From positions 14,942,001 through 15,006,000 of the forward strand of contig OZ210885.1 of NCBI GenBank assembly GCA_964658305.1: a stretch of 64,000 nucleotides of DNA, read 5' to 3'. Each line of letters opens with the position of its first letter. Position 1 is the first letter of the stretch. Made by a program: the position numbers and the translations under genes. Of this stretch, positions 63,934 to 64,000 are shown piece after piece. The DNA comes from Leptogorgia sarmentosa. Lineage: Eukaryota. Under the pieces are notes generated by a model that was given only the letters and a program-made list of their open reading frames with translations, was not told the origin of the DNA and made no database searches.

Positions 63934-64000
63934 ACATTATATAGACTGTTACACTAGCATTTAAAAAAGAAAGCCTACCGACTTTCTTTCTTTCAAGGGG

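Larger units (their letters stand above)
58274..64000 (+). mobile_element. Gmr1-type Ty3/gypsy LTR retrotransposon (runs off window)
   Basis: 5' LTR 58274-59034 (TGTTAC...GTAACA), PBS TGGGGGCCTGCCCGGGA (tRNA-Pro-like), gag-PR-IN-RT-RH order; GGGG at the window end may start the PPT. Confidence 0.93.

Overview
Eukaryotic, repeat-saturated DNA from an invertebrate, probably a cnidarian (inference from the TE families present). No ordinary host protein gene is recognisable. The window is a nest of mostly decayed transposable elements around the remnant of a linked U2-U1-U2 snRNA array. One U2 copy carries a Utopia-like RLE non-LTR retrotransposon at U2 nt 38, and the next U2 is fused to a Keno-like Tx1/L1 retrotransposon. 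The Keno-like element holds a 10.7-kb Helentron (RepHel plus an antisense OB-fold-like ORF), which in turn holds a HINE and a 9-bp-TSD MULE-type MITE. Other elements are two AcademX transposons, a divergent intron-containing Zator/TP36-like DD43E transposase gene with a PHD finger facing an unknown divergent ORF, an EnSpm/CACTA two-gene element, two BEL/Pao elements, a Gmr1-type gypsy (integrase before RT), and DIRS, RLE-LINE and hAT fragments. Junctions and TSDs were read by eye. Family names rest on motif recognition, not on database searches.
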